DNA of 64,000 bases from Candidatus Woesearchaeota archaeon. Lineage in GTDB: Archaea; Nanobdellota; Nanobdellia; Woesearchaeales; UBA9642. This document shows, piece by piece, positions 44,049-54,336 of the stretch. The notes under the pieces were generated by a model. The model was not told the DNA's origin. It was given only the letters and a program-made list of their open reading frames with translations, and searched no databases. The stretch's first letter is position 1, and each line of letters opens with the position of its first letter. A program made the position numbers and the translations under genes. The DNA is taken from NCBI GenBank assembly GCA_041658255.1, contig JBBAAQ010000005.1, positions 1,544-65,543 of the forward strand. Reading direction: 5' to 3'.

Positions 44049-46364
44049 ATGTTATTTTCGAATAGTGCGTCTGTTGAAATCTATCGGGAAGGAGAAGAGG
44101 TTGTGATGCGCCTCAATTATGAGTCTGCACTTGAAGTCCCGTCACTTGAAGATTCTGAGAATTGTATGGCAGACACCATTGAAAAACTGATGCAGAATAA
44201 GAATGTGACAAAAATCGTGTTTGTGCAAAAACGTGAGTATGAATATGAATATGCGCAGACCCGTTTACTCGTCGACATTGCAAAAGTCTATTCTACACTA
44301 CTCAAGCAAAAAGAACTTTTTACGTTTGCAGGAATCATCGGGCCCGGGCTTGATGTGATGATGATGCGTGAAGCGTCACAAAAATATACTGAACTCCAAC
44401 ACGTCATTTTTACCCTGTTCAAAAAAGATCCCATCGGCGCATATGTCGAACTCAAACGTCTTATCCGTCGGGAAAAAATCGATTTGGATAAATCCATCGA
44501 TGAACAATACACCGGGATGCTTGATCGCTATCTCCAAATTCTTTCGTATGTGATTAAACTTTTGGAGAGCACAAAACTTATCGAACTCTCGAAAAATATT
44601 GTTTCAGGAATGGCAGTCGGTGATCGCAGTATCTACAGGCGGATTTTTACGCCGAATATCAAGCCCGATTTCATGTTTACCAAGATGATGGCCGCGTATC
44701 CGAAGAATGCTGAAGAAGTTGATAGTTATTCCATGAAAGATTCTGAAGTGATTATTTTCCGGCTTGCGCATAATGTACAAAATCTGTATCATATCACGCC
44801 GCCAGAATTCAAATTCCCTGAAGAGAAATATGAAATTTTGGATCTTGCGCGAAAAATCATGTCTGAACATAAACCTGAAAAACAGGAATTTGTCGACCCT
44901 GCACGGATGCGCGAAGTTTTTATGAATGTCGGTCGCGATCTTGTCGAGGAAATTGCGGCATATAAGAATGTGCGGCTCACGCATAAGGATGTAAATGAAC
45001 TTGCGAGGGTTCTTGTGCGGTATACCGTCGGGTTTGGTGTTATTGAAGCGCTACTCGAAGATGAAAAAATTCAGGATATTACTATTAACAGTCCACTCGG
45101 CCAACAACCTATTTTTATTGTACATGCAGAATTTGATAATTGCCGGACAAATTTAATCCCTACGATCCGTGATGCAGAATCGTGGGCATCAAAATTGCGT
45201 ATGCTCTCTGGTCGGCCGCTCGATGAGGCAAATCCTATCCTTGACACTGAAATATTTATTCCCGGAACTGCAAATGCAAGAGTAGGCGTCATTAGCCCGC
45301 CACTCAATCCCACAGGCATCGCGTATGCATTCCGCAGGCATCGTGATAAGCCATGGACACTTGCACTCTTTGCAAAAGCCGGAATGATTAATCCACAGGC
45401 AGCAGGGCTCATGAGTTTTCTTATTGATGGATCGCGGACCATGCTCATTGCAGGAACACGCAGTGCAGGTAAATCATCGCTCCTTGGCGCAGTCATGGTC
45501 GAAGTGATGCGCAAATATCGTATGATTACTATTGAAGATACACTGGAATTGCCAGGCGAGAGTTTGCGAAAATTAGGATTCAATATCCAGCAGATGAAAG
45601 TAAGTAGCGCATTATCCAAAGGGTCAAGTGAAGTCAGTGCCGAGGAAGGTATCCGGACAACGCTTCGTTTAGGCGATTCAAGCCTTTTTGTTGGAGAAGT
45701 ACGAAGTACTGAAGCAAAATCACTCTATGAAGCAATGCGTGTCGGTGCGCTTGCAAATGTTGTTGCAGGAACAATTCACGGCGATAGTCCATATGGTGTG
45801 TATGATCGTGTGGTCAATGATTTGGGTGTTCCCAAGACGAGTTTTAAAGCAACAGATATTATTATTGTCGCAAATCCTATCAAGTCAGCAGATGGTCTTC
45901 ATAAATGGCGACGAGTCACCCAGATCACTGAAGTGCGCAAAAAGTGGGAAGATGATCCCTTGCGTGAGAAAGGATTTGTCGATTTGATGAAATATAATTC
46001 GAAGAGCGATCAACTTGAAGTCAGCGATGATCTGATGAATCAGGATAGCGAGATCTTGAAAGCAATTGCAGAGAATGTGAAAGAGTGGAGTGGAAATTGG
46101 GATGCCGTGTGGGACAGTATCATGCTTCGTACAAAAAATGTCGAGCAGCTTCTTGCGATATCGAAAAAATTGAACAATCCTGAACTCCTTGAAGCACGTT
46201 TTGTCGTCGAAGCAAATGATCATTTTCATAAAATCGCCGATAAAGTAAAAGATGAAGTGGGTGCTATGGACAGTAAGCGCATCAGTTTTGAATGGAATGA
46301 ATGGCTCAAGAAATCCGCTAAAGATTTTGATACGCGAATGAAAAAATTAGCACCGTCATCATAG
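44049..46364 (+). CDS. type II/IV secretion-family ATPase (archaeal FlaI/ArlI/PilB-like) with a long N-terminal extension
   Basis: Walker A AGTRSAGKSS, EDTLEL, VGEVRSTEAKSLYEAMRVG and GTIHGDSP are motifs typical of archaeal type IV filament assembly ATPases. Confidence 0.88.
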   Translation: MLFSNSASVEIYREGEEVVMRLNYESALEVPSLEDSENCMADTIEKLMQNKNVTKIVFVQKREYEYEYAQTRLLVDIAKVYSTLLKQKELFTFAGIIGPGLDVMMMREASQKYTELQHVIFTLFKKDPIGAYVELKRLIRREKIDLDKSIDEQYTGMLDRYLQILSYVIKLLESTKLIELSKNIVSGMAVGDRSIYRRIFTPNIKPDFMFTKMMAAYPKNAEEVDSYSMKDSEVIIFRLAHNVQNLYHITPPEFKFPEEKYEILDLARKIMSEHKPEKQEFVDPARMREVFMNVGRDLVEEIAAYKNVRLTHKDVNELARVLVRYTVGFGVIEALLEDEKIQDITINSPLGQQPIFIVHAEFDNCRTNLIPTIRDAESWASKLRMLSGRPLDEANPILDTEIFIPGTANARVGVISPPLNPTGIAYAFRRHRDKPWTLALFAKAGMINPQAAGLMSFLIDGSRTMLIAGTRSAGKSSLLGAVMVEVMRKYRMITIEDTLELPGESLRKLGFNIQQMKVSSALSKGSSEVSAEEGIRTTLRLGDSSLFVGEVRSTEAKSLYEAMRVGALANVVAGTIHGDSPYGVYDRVVNDLGVPKTSFKATDIIIVANPIKSADGLHKWRRVTQITEVRKKWEDDPLREKGFVDLMKYNSKSDQLEVSDDLMNQDSEILKAIAENVKEWSGNWDAVWDSIMLRTKNVEQLLAISKKLNNPELLEARFVVEANDHFHKIADKVKDEVGAMDSKRISFEWNEWLKKSAKDFDTRMKKLAPSS

Positions 46365-46409
46365 TAGTATGATCGTTGTTCAGTAAAGAGGATAAAGAGG
46401 TGAGTTGTT

Positions 46410-48677
46410 GTGCCCGTAGGCAAATCTGAAGAATTTAAAAGATTTGAAGAGAAGTATAAGGAAAAGATTAGACGGGAGTTTGAAGACTATAAGGGTACAG
46501 AATCTGTACGTACTGAATCTCGGGAATATCAGGAATTCAAGAGACAGTGGATGCCAAAACATTTAACACTGTATGAAAAGGCGTGTCAGTTTTCTGAATC
46601 TGTCTTCAAAATGAAGCCCGACCCTAAAGAGGCGGCATTACTTCAGGAAAGTATTGATATCTGTCATTTGAATGTAACGCCTGCGGGCGTGAAAAGTTTA
46701 TCCTATGTTGCGCCCATTGCACTTATTCTTATCGTCACTTTTTTCAGTCTTGTCATCCCTATGCTGTTCAGCAGTAATCCTGAGGCAGGCGGAGAAACAT
46801 TCTTTATCGTATTCTCGATTATCATCGGAATCATCCTCATTATCCCCCTCGGGAAATTGCCGCATTTTTTCGCGAATAGTTGGCGTATGCGTGCCAGTAA
46901 TCAGATGGTACTTTGTGTATTCTATCTGGTGACGTATATGCGCCATACGAGTAATTTAGAGAATGCAATTGATTTTGCTGCTGAACATTTGCCTGCGCCA
47001 CTCTCCCTTGATCTAAAAAAAATATTATGGAATGTGGAAACACAAAAATATAGTGGTGTCAAAGAATCACTCGATACCTATCTTGATTCCTGGAAGAAAT
47101 GGAATATGGAATTCATCGAGAGTGTCCACCTTATTGAATCCTCACTGTATGAAAATTCTGAATCACGTCGTCTTGATTCACTCGATAAATCCCTGAGTGT
47201 GATTCTTGAAGAGACCTATGAAAAAATGCTCCACTATGCGCATAATCTGCAAAGTCCACTGACCATGCTGAATATGCTCGGTATTGTTCTCCCTATTCTC
47301 GGACTTGTCATTTTACCCTTAGTGGTGAGTTTTATGGAGGAAGTCAAATGGTATCATCTTTTTGCACTCTATAATATCACGCTTCCCATCGCAGTATTTT
47401 ATTTAACAAAAACTGTTCTGAGTACGCGCCCATCAGGATATGGTTCGGGTGATATCTCTGAGGATAATCCTGAATTAAAAAAATATACCTATATCCGTTT
47501 TAACATCGGGAGTTCTGAATTTAAGCTCCATCCATTCTATATTGCAGTATGCATCTTTCTCGTACTCTTCTTTATTGGGATGAGCCCGATGATTATTCAT
47601 GCAGTTGCGCCAGAATTTGATGTGGTGGTCTTACGTGAAACATTCCAAACACAACTGGTGACTGTCAGGACGACCTGTCCCATCCCTCTAAATCCCAATG
47701 TGATATTCTCTTTTATTGGATACAAATGTAATAGGTCAAATCAACTCGTGGGGCCGTTTGGTTTAGGCGCAGCCATCCTTAGTTTAGCTATCCCCCTCAG
47801 TTTTGGTCTCAGTTTAGGAATCTATTATCGATTACGATCGAATAATGTCAAAAAAATCCGTGACGAGACAAAACGTTTAGAACAAGAATTTGCGTCTGCA
47901 CTCTTCCAATTAGGGAATAGATTAGGTGATGGCCTGCCTCTTGAGATCGCATTTACCAAAGTTGCTGATGCCATGGAGGGGACGACTTCAGGAAAATTTT
48001 TCGAACTCGTAAGTGTGAATATTACGAAACTCAGTATGAGTGTGGAATCTGCAATTTTTGATAGGCATCAAGGAGCGCTCGTGTATTATCCGAGTCCATT
48101 AATCGAGAGTTCAATGAAGGTTCTTGTCGAATCCAGTAAAAAGGGTCCACTTGTTGCCTCGCAGGCACTCATCAATGTTTCTGAATATATCAAACAGATC
48201 CATCGGGTTGATGAACGCTTAAAAGATCTCATGGCTGATACGATCAGTAGTTTGCAATCACAAATATCGTTTTTAACACCGGCAATTGCAGGAATTGTCA
48301 TCGGAATAACATCGATGATCACAACGATTTTGGGAAGTTTAACAGATCAATTGTCTACTATCTCAAAAGGTGTTGATAGTGGAGGAGCAAGTGCAGTGGG
48401 GGGCGCAGGCGTGGGTAGTTTAGGTGACATGTTCGGTCTTGGTATTCCTGCATTCTATTTTCAATTCATTGTAGGACTTTATGTCGTGCAAATCATTTTT
48501 ATTATGACCATACTTGTCAATGGCATCGAGAATGGTGAAGATTCATTGAGCGAACGGTTCCTACTGGGAAATAATATGATAACGAGTACTCTACTCTATG
48601 TAGTCATCGCATTCATTGTTATGATGGTCTTCAATATGGTGGCGGCGTTTGTCTTGCCATCGACGGGAGTTGTGTAG
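46410..48677 (+). CDS. polytopic membrane protein, probable FlaJ/TadC-like platform protein
   Basis: 755 aa with many TM segments in two blocks separated by a soluble domain. It lies immediately downstream of the ATPase. GTG start with AAAGAGGTGA SD upstream. Confidence 0.65.
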   Translation: MPVGKSEEFKRFEEKYKEKIRREFEDYKGTESVRTESREYQEFKRQWMPKHLTLYEKACQFSESVFKMKPDPKEAALLQESIDICHLNVTPAGVKSLSYVAPIALILIVTFFSLVIPMLFSSNPEAGGETFFIVFSIIIGIILIIPLGKLPHFFANSWRMRASNQMVLCVFYLVTYMRHTSNLENAIDFAAEHLPAPLSLDLKKILWNVETQKYSGVKESLDTYLDSWKKWNMEFIESVHLIESSLYENSESRRLDSLDKSLSVILEETYEKMLHYAHNLQSPLTMLNMLGIVLPILGLVILPLVVSFMEEVKWYHLFALYNITLPIAVFYLTKTVLSTRPSGYGSGDISEDNPELKKYTYIRFNIGSSEFKLHPFYIAVCIFLVLFFIGMSPMIIHAVAPEFDVVVLRETFQTQLVTVRTTCPIPLNPNVIFSFIGYKCNRSNQLVGPFGLGAAILSLAIPLSFGLSLGIYYRLRSNNVKKIRDETKRLEQEFASALFQLGNRLGDGLPLEIAFTKVADAMEGTTSGKFFELVSVNITKLSMSVESAIFDRHQGALVYYPSPLIESSMKVLVESSKKGPLVASQALINVSEYIKQIHRVDERLKDLMADTISSLQSQISFLTPAIAGIVIGITSMITTILGSLTDQLSTISKGVDSGGASAVGGAGVGSLGDMFGLGIPAFYFQFIVGLYVVQIIFIMTILVNGIENGEDSLSERFLLGNNMITSTLLYVVIAFIVMMVFNMVAAFVLPSTGVV

Positions 48678-48683
48678 ATACGG

Positions 48684-48690
48684 TTTTTTT
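48684..48690 (+). terminator. oligo-T after 46410..48677
   Basis: T7 lies 7 nt after the stop codon. Confidence 0.35.
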
Positions 48691-48721
48691 AGTATTATTC
48701 TCTAGTTAGAAATAAAATAAT

Positions 48722-48839
48722 TGGGTCGGATGGAATTTGAATCCATGACATCTACGGTTCGAAGAATGCGCGGCATTCTTTGCTGTTTGCCGCGACAAAC
48801 ACTTCAGCGTAGCGCTCTCCCAGGCTGAGCTACCGACCC
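48722..48839 (-). tRNA. tRNA-Phe (GAA) with a 44-nt intron at the canonical 37/38 position
   Basis: GGGUCGG/CCGACCC acceptor stem, GCUC-AGCCUGGGA-GAGC D arm, CUACG/CGUAG anticodon stem, anticodon GAA (complement of 48803-48805), AUGGA-UUCAAAU-UCCAU T arm and discriminator A. The intron spans 48758-48801, with anticodon GAAG pairing to intron CUUC. CCA is not encoded. Confidence 0.9.
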
Positions 48840-48971
48840 ATAAGAGATATTTGCCTGGATATATTGAATTTATTCTTCATTTAAATAGGTTGTGATTTGG
48901 TCCTTTTTTGAAGATGTCTTATACCCTTTTTTTATGGAAAACTATAAAAACGTAAACGTGTATCTTGTGCT

Positions 48972-49934
48972 ATGGAGTCTCTTTTCCGACAACGGATAGG
49001 TTTTAACGGAGATTTAAAAGAACTCTCGAAAATTATCTGCAGGGATTTTGATCTAGGCAGGTTTATCGCTTGTTCTGTTGTTCTCGTGGGTTATGAAGAT
49101 TTTAATTTTTCTTTAGAGACCACCAAACGTAAGTTTTTTGTAAAAGTATTTTCGAACACCCGGACACTCGATGATTGCAAAAGAAATGTTGCTGTAGTAG
49201 TTAAGTTAATAGACGCCGGAGTCTTTGTTCCTAAATTATATCCCTCAGAACAGGGATATCTTCATATATTGAAAATTGATCAATCAGCATTAAGACTTTG
49301 TGTTATGGATTTTACTGAGGGTAAAGATTTTTTTACTTCTCGAACAACAATCACTCATGAAGATATGCGCACGTTGGCACGTCAGGCAGCTGTAATAAAT
49401 TCTCTTAACATCAAACCATCTCATATCTATGATTCATGGGCGATAGTTAATTTCCCTCGGGAATTTGAAAAGAAAAGTGAATATCTAGAACAAGAAGATT
49501 TAGAATTGATTCAGCCTCTTATTGAAGGATTTCAAAGTCTTACTATCGAAACATTGCCTCATTGCTTTGTTCATGGAGATATACTCCGCACCAATGTGAT
49601 TAAGGATAATAACGCTAAGATTTGGATTGTGGATTTTTCAGTTTCAAATTACTGTCCGCGTATTCAAGAATTGGCAGTCCTTGCTTGCGATATTTTATTT
49701 AATAAAGATAATAAGATTGCAAGTGAACAAAATTTGAACGATGCGTTAGAAGAATATCAAAAAACGATAACATTAACTTCGAGGGAATTGGAATCTTTGC
49801 CTCTTTACATTAAACTTGCCCACGCGATGCATGCATTATGTGCGAACTATGAGAAAAAAGTTAATAAGAACAATTCTAAAGAAAACGAATATTTTCTTAC
49901 TATCGGAAGGTCAGGATTAAGACAGATGGATTAA
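48972..49934 (+). CDS. aminoglycoside/choline/homoserine-kinase-type phosphotransferase (APH family)
   Basis: CFVHGDILRTNVIKDNNAKIWIVDFSVS gives the HGDxxxxN catalytic loop plus a DF(S/G) motif. Confidence 0.75.
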   Translation: MESLFRQRIGFNGDLKELSKIICRDFDLGRFIACSVVLVGYEDFNFSLETTKRKFFVKVFSNTRTLDDCKRNVAVVVKLIDAGVFVPKLYPSEQGYLHILKIDQSALRLCVMDFTEGKDFFTSRTTITHEDMRTLARQAAVINSLNIKPSHIYDSWAIVNFPREFEKKSEYLEQEDLELIQPLIEGFQSLTIETLPHCFVHGDILRTNVIKDNNAKIWIVDFSVSNYCPRIQELAVLACDILFNKDNKIASEQNLNDALEEYQKTITLTSRELESLPLYIKLAHAMHALCANYEKKVNKNNSKENEYFLTIGRSGLRQMD

Positions 49935-49954
49935 AAACGTCGCTTTATCTCCCG

Positions 49955-51166
49955 TTATTTTTTCAGCCATTCAATTTCTTCTTTCTCTAATTTCAATTCT
50001 TCAGTCATCCGGTCGAGGTATTTCTTATCTTTGGATCTCTTATAGATTGCGCGAAGATAGAGCACATCATGAAATGCTCGTTTTGTCGACGTGTGTGTTT
50101 TTATTGCAACCTTTTTTGCAATCGCTTTACGCCGCAATTTTTTTTGGTTTGCAATCCAGATCTGTAAGATACGTCCACTCTGTTTATATTCAACTGCATG
50201 GGTGTAGCGTTCTTTTTTTGAAAGCGCAATACCTGCAGAAAGTAAATTATAGATATAGACATAGTAACGATAATATTGCCATCTGCGGATGCGGCCGAAG
50301 TAGACGTCGGCGAGTGAGAGGTTTTCATAAGCTGCAGCAAGGTCTTGCGGTTTGAGATATTCTTTAGGGATATTTTCGTCAAGCCATAAAAATATCTGAT
50401 CAATATCTTCATCAATATGTTCATACGCACCGAGTGCAATATCCGGATTTGTTGTTTTTAACACTTTGAGGAGAGCATTTGCAATGGTCTCTTCGCGCTC
50501 GCGATCGCCGGTTTCGAGGACATCCTCTTTCGAGAGTTGTTTTTTTCCTGACATTGCATTCTGAAAATCATTCAATGCTGCACGCAAATCGCCTTTGCTT
50601 ATTCTCGCAAGATGACTTACGGCATCTTCATCAACTATTGTTTTTTCTTGCAGAGCAATTTTTTTGAGAAATGCAATGGTTTCAAGAATAGATACTGCTT
50701 TGTATTCAATCATGATACACTGTTTTCGCAAGGGTGAAAATTTTTGGTCCCAGGGATCATTTGCCGTGAGAATAATAGGGTATGGGCTTTGTTCAATAAA
50801 TTTACTGATTGCAAGAAGTCCACCCCGATCGCTCGTCCCAGAAATACCGTCTATCTCGTCAATAAGAATGATTTTTCCTTTAGAGAATAATGATTGCTGT
50901 TTGATTGCCGGCAGCACTTTTTGCTCGAGCCCCTCAGTATTACGGCTATCTGATGCATTCACTTCAATGAGTTCGAGATCTAACTCTTTTGCAAGCGCAA
51001 TAATAGAAGATGTTTTACCTGTTCCTGTAGGTCCATAAATAAGGAGTGCCTTTTTTATCTTCTTTGAAGAATACTCGTGAACACCCTTCTTTAATGCTTT
51101 AAGTGCATCATCCTGTCCAACAACATCTTTAGTTGTCTTTGGAATATACGTGTGCGTAAGCGACAT
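49955..51166 (-). CDS. rfcL: replication factor C large subunit
   Basis: VVGQDDALKALKKGV, LLIYGPTGTGKTS (Walker A), IILIDEIDGI (Walker B), SDRGG and PIILTANDPW. Confidence 0.9.
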   Translation of the reverse strand: MSLTHTYIPKTTKDVVGQDDALKALKKGVHEYSSKKIKKALLIYGPTGTGKTSSIIALAKELDLELIEVNASDSRNTEGLEQKVLPAIKQQSLFSKGKIILIDEIDGISGTSDRGGLLAISKFIEQSPYPIILTANDPWDQKFSPLRKQCIMIEYKAVSILETIAFLKKIALQEKTIVDEDAVSHLARISKGDLRAALNDFQNAMSGKKQLSKEDVLETGDREREETIANALLKVLKTTNPDIALGAYEHIDEDIDQIFLWLDENIPKEYLKPQDLAAAYENLSLADVYFGRIRRWQYYRYYVYIYNLLSAGIALSKKERYTHAVEYKQSGRILQIWIANQKKLRRKAIAKKVAIKTHTSTKRAFHDVLYLRAIYKRSKDKKYLDRMTEELKLEKEEIEWLKK

Positions 51167-51245
51167 GATTGATGGAGAGGAGAGGTTTTTATAAAGGTTA
51201 TTGCAGATTAAAAAAATTTATAATAAGCATTCGTGTGTTATATTT

Positions 51246-51764
51246 ATGGTCAACAAACCAGTTTTCGAAATCTGGAACTATCGTGGAGACCGGATTAAGT
51301 CTATGTGGTGTACTGCTCGTTCTTATAAAAAATTACGACCTATCACACAGATCTACGGTGTTTGTTTTACGCCTGAAGGCAAAGTAATGGTTATTCGTGC
51401 AACAAGCTATGATGGATGGAGTATTGGCGGCGGAAAACCAGAAGCAGGAGAAACCCCTCTTCAAGCACTTCGACGAGAGATGGATGAAGAGGCATCAGTG
51501 GATTTAGCAAAAGCAAAAATGATTGGTTATTGTAAAACAAGAAATCTTGATAAGGATAGGAAATGGATTTACCAATTGCGATATGTTGCTTTAATCGATC
51601 GGATAAAAGTACTCAAACCCGATCCGGATAAAGGCGTCTTGCATAAGCGAAAATTTATCAGACCAGAAGAATTTAATAACTATGTTTCGTGGGGATTAGT
51701 GAGTAAAGCGATGTTTAACGTAGCGTATCTCGAATTCAATAAGTGGAAGAAAAAGAATTTATAA
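51246..51764 (+). CDS. Nudix hydrolase
   Basis: GGGKPEAGETPLQALRREMDEEASV is the Nudix box GX5EX7REUXEEXGU. The ATG at 51246 is preferred over the TTG at 51201. Confidence 0.85.
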   Translation: MVNKPVFEIWNYRGDRIKSMWCTARSYKKLRPITQIYGVCFTPEGKVMVIRATSYDGWSIGGGKPEAGETPLQALRREMDEEASVDLAKAKMIGYCKTRNLDKDRKWIYQLRYVALIDRIKVLKPDPDKGVLHKRKFIRPEEFNNYVSWGLVSKAMFNVAYLEFNKWKKKNL

Positions 51765-51793
51765 TATTATTCTCCAGTAATCTTGATCAGAAT

Positions 51794-52012
51794 CTATTTG
51801 AGCGGTGTTCGAGTGCCGTCAGGATGAACAATGAATTTTTCCATGCCTTCTTGTGGCGCCTGATCGCTATATACAGCAATAGGGTTGCCTACAGCATCAT
51901 TTGCATTTGTTTGTTTCTCGTCTGCTACAGTAATGGCGAATGTTGTAAAAGAGACGATAAAGACAATTGCAACAATTGCAAGAATGTAATTTGTCGATGG
52001 ATTATTCTTCAT
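51794..52012 (-). CDS. small membrane-anchored hypothetical protein
   Basis: 72 aa with an N-terminal TM segment (YILAIVAIVFIVSFTTFAI). Confidence 0.4.
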   Translation of the reverse strand: MKNNPSTNYILAIVAIVFIVSFTTFAITVADEKQTNANDAVGNPIAVYSDQAPQEGMEKFIVHPDGTRTPLK

Positions 52013-52034
52013 GATTACGCTGAGTCATTTTTAT

Positions 52035-52970
52035 TTATAAATTTTGCTGAATGACCTTCTGGATATAGGCATTCTTGTGTTCGAGTTTATGGATTTTTGC
52101 AAGTTTTAATAATGCGCGATCAAAACTCGAACCATACTGCGCTGCACGTTTAGGTCTTTGCGCGTGCAATCCGAGGAGCGATTCCGCAGCTTTGCGTAAA
52201 ATCATCTTACTCCCGGTATTATTAATCTTGTATTGAATGGGGATTTTGAGTGAATAACATGCGAGTTCCTCGTCAAGAAATGGAGTAGTAAACGAAAATT
52301 TGAGCGCTTTTGGAATTGCAGTATCTCGCAAAAGATCACGTTCATACATCTTCAAAAGTCCGTCAAAACATTCTTCGTTTGTTGGGTTCAATTTATGCCG
52401 TTCATATCCTGCGTAGAGTTCTTCAGATCCAAGGCCTGAAAAGAATATTTTTTCATTCTTCGAGATTGAGTGTGCTGCGACTTCAACAGCACCGACACCG
52501 ACAGTCACGACATTGACGATGTTCGTGTTATAGGTTTGTGAACCTTGCTGAAGAATTTTAATAGTCTTAATCATCACGGGTTCAATCTCCTTTATAGAGA
52601 ACACTTTTTCTTTGAATTCATCATTATGTAATTTAAGGTGTTTTGCAACTGCACGTGCTTGGATGATGTCTTCGGGATCCTTAAATTGTCCGTCTTGGAA
52701 ACCGACAGTATAACACGTGAAGTTTGCTTTGAATTTTTTGCAGAGGCCGGCAATGTATGAACTATCGAGTCCCCCGGAAAAGAAGATGCCAACCTCATCT
52801 AATCCTTCAAGTCGTTCTTTCACTGCAGATTCCACAAGCTGTTTTATTTGAAGCACAATTTTATCCTCAGAATCAGAGAGTTCATGATCTACCCGAAACG
52901 AATTAATTTTCTCTTCCCATTTGGGTTTACTGATGAGTTTTCCGTCATGCACAAAAAATTCTTGCTTCAT
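52035..52970 (-). CDS. asparagine-synthase-like PP-loop ATP pyrophosphatase (synthetase domain only)
   Basis: VGIFFSGGLDSSYIAGL is the SGGxDS PP-loop, followed by an AsnB C-terminal-like region. No glutaminase domain is present. Confidence 0.7.
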   Translation of the reverse strand: MKQEFFVHDGKLISKPKWEEKINSFRVDHELSDSEDKIVLQIKQLVESAVKERLEGLDEVGIFFSGGLDSSYIAGLCKKFKANFTCYTVGFQDGQFKDPEDIIQARAVAKHLKLHNDEFKEKVFSIKEIEPVMIKTIKILQQGSQTYNTNIVNVVTVGVGAVEVAAHSISKNEKIFFSGLGSEELYAGYERHKLNPTNEECFDGLLKMYERDLLRDTAIPKALKFSFTTPFLDEELACYSLKIPIQYKINNTGSKMILRKAAESLLGLHAQRPKRAAQYGSSFDRALLKLAKIHKLEHKNAYIQKVIQQNL

Positions 52971-53011
52971 CGGATGATATGAATACGGGAGGTTTTTTAA
53001 AGCTTCTTTAA

Positions 53012-53284
53012 TTATCGCTCTTCATCTTCTCTGTGTTCTCTAAAATATTTTTCGGCATATGAACACGTCGGAATCGCCTTAAGTTTATGTTTTTTCAGAT
53101 ATTGAGAGATTTCATCATAGATCATGCGTGCGATGCCTTTGCCGCGCAATGCTTCAGGAACGAACGTATGTGTGAATTCCAATGCACCAGGATGGATAAC
53201 ATATTTAACGAAGCATTTTTGTTCGTCCATTGTACAATAGAATTTATGGTTTTTCTTGTCATGTACGATTTTTACGATCTTCAT
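53012..53284 (-). CDS. small GNAT-like acetyltransferase (YjdJ type)
   Basis: FTHTFVPEALRGKGIARMIYDEISQYLKKHKLKAIPTCSY. Confidence 0.65.
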   Translation of the reverse strand: MKIVKIVHDKKNHKFYCTMDEQKCFVKYVIHPGALEFTHTFVPEALRGKGIARMIYDEISQYLKKHKLKAIPTCSYAEKYFREHREDEER

Positions 53285-53363
53285 GGCATATGGATGTTTT
53301 CTTTCTTTTTTAATTTATTGAAACCTAAAAAGTACTCACCAATCAGTGATAACTATAGAAATC

Positions 53364-53371
53364 TTTATAAA
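53364..53371 (+). promoter_or_regulatory. TATA box TTTATAAA
   Basis: It ends 21 nt before the ATG at 53393. Confidence 0.5.
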
Positions 53372-53392
53372 TGGCTACTTTCTCCTTAAACT

Positions 53393-54199
53393 ATGCTCAA
53401 TACTCAATCTAATGCATTCAAAGAAAAATTTGGTGAAAAACCTATCTTTGCAGGTGTATATACTGACAAGTCCATGGATGAAATGATCGATGAGATCCAA
53501 TTACTTTCTGATGAAGGCATTAACGCCGTGTATCTAGAAAATATTAATTCCCTAAAAGATATCGGACAGTATTCTGGCGAATTATCCAAGATTGGACGTG
53601 TGCTTGATATTGTTCAAAGAAAAGATCTTCCCATTAAAATAGGTGTGAATCTTCTGCCTGATCGTAAGGGAACTGAGTCCATTGTTGCATTGAATCTTGC
53701 AAAAGAATTCAACCTTGATTTTATTGTGGATGATATGATTGCCGGAACATATACTCTTAGTCCTAAATATGCAGATGATACTATCCTTAATCCAATATCT
53801 TTACATAAGGATTATCTTGCTATTCGAAAGACTGCTCCTGATTGTGCAGTATTTGGCGGGATTCTCCCACCTTATGTAAATTTGGTCAGTAATGAATCAG
53901 TGGCTGAACTTGTTACTCTTGCATCCGAACGGTCCGATGCGATACTTGTAAAAGCAAAAGATGGTGAATCAGAAGTTCCGTTAAGTCGCATTGAAGAATA
54001 TCGTCGTTATACTCAAAAACCATTAATTCTTGCCTCAAAAGTGACTCCAAAAAATATGTATGGATATGTGCCTTATGTTGATGCATTTATTATCGGATCA
54101 GCATTATATAAGAATGGTTCGCTTAATCCTGATGCTATACGCCAAGTCCAGTATGCGGTAAATAGGGCTCTGCAGAAAATGTTAGTCGCCTTAAGATGA
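53393..54199 (+). CDS. hypothetical TIM-barrel-like protein (possibly BtpA/SgcQ family)
   Basis: 268 aa. MIDEIQLLSDEGINAVYLENINS loosely resembles the BtpA motif (AG.DAI.VEN). The assignment is weak. Confidence 0.4.
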   Translation: MLNTQSNAFKEKFGEKPIFAGVYTDKSMDEMIDEIQLLSDEGINAVYLENINSLKDIGQYSGELSKIGRVLDIVQRKDLPIKIGVNLLPDRKGTESIVALNLAKEFNLDFIVDDMIAGTYTLSPKYADDTILNPISLHKDYLAIRKTAPDCAVFGGILPPYVNLVSNESVAELVTLASERSDAILVKAKDGESEVPLSRIEEYRRYTQKPLILASKVTPKNMYGYVPYVDAFIIGSALYKNGSLNPDAIRQVQYAVNRALQKMLVALR

Positions 54200-54290
54200 G
54201 CATCTTCAAAATATCTTTCTAAAAATGTTTATAGAATTCCAAATGGTAAACATTTTCTTCAAAAAACATTAAGAATGCGAATGGCGACTA
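54199..54290. repeat. palindromic intergenic element, family copy A
   Basis: It starts with AGCATC overlapping the TGA stop. The inner IR is AAAATGTTTA (54222-54231) / TAAACATTTT (54247-54256). The core AAATGTTTATAGAATTCCAAATGGTAAACATTT is close to 61981-62013. Confidence 0.8.
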
Positions 54291-54336
54291 CGAACGAAGT
54301 GAGAATTTCTACAGAGCCGGTAAATAGATAATCTTC

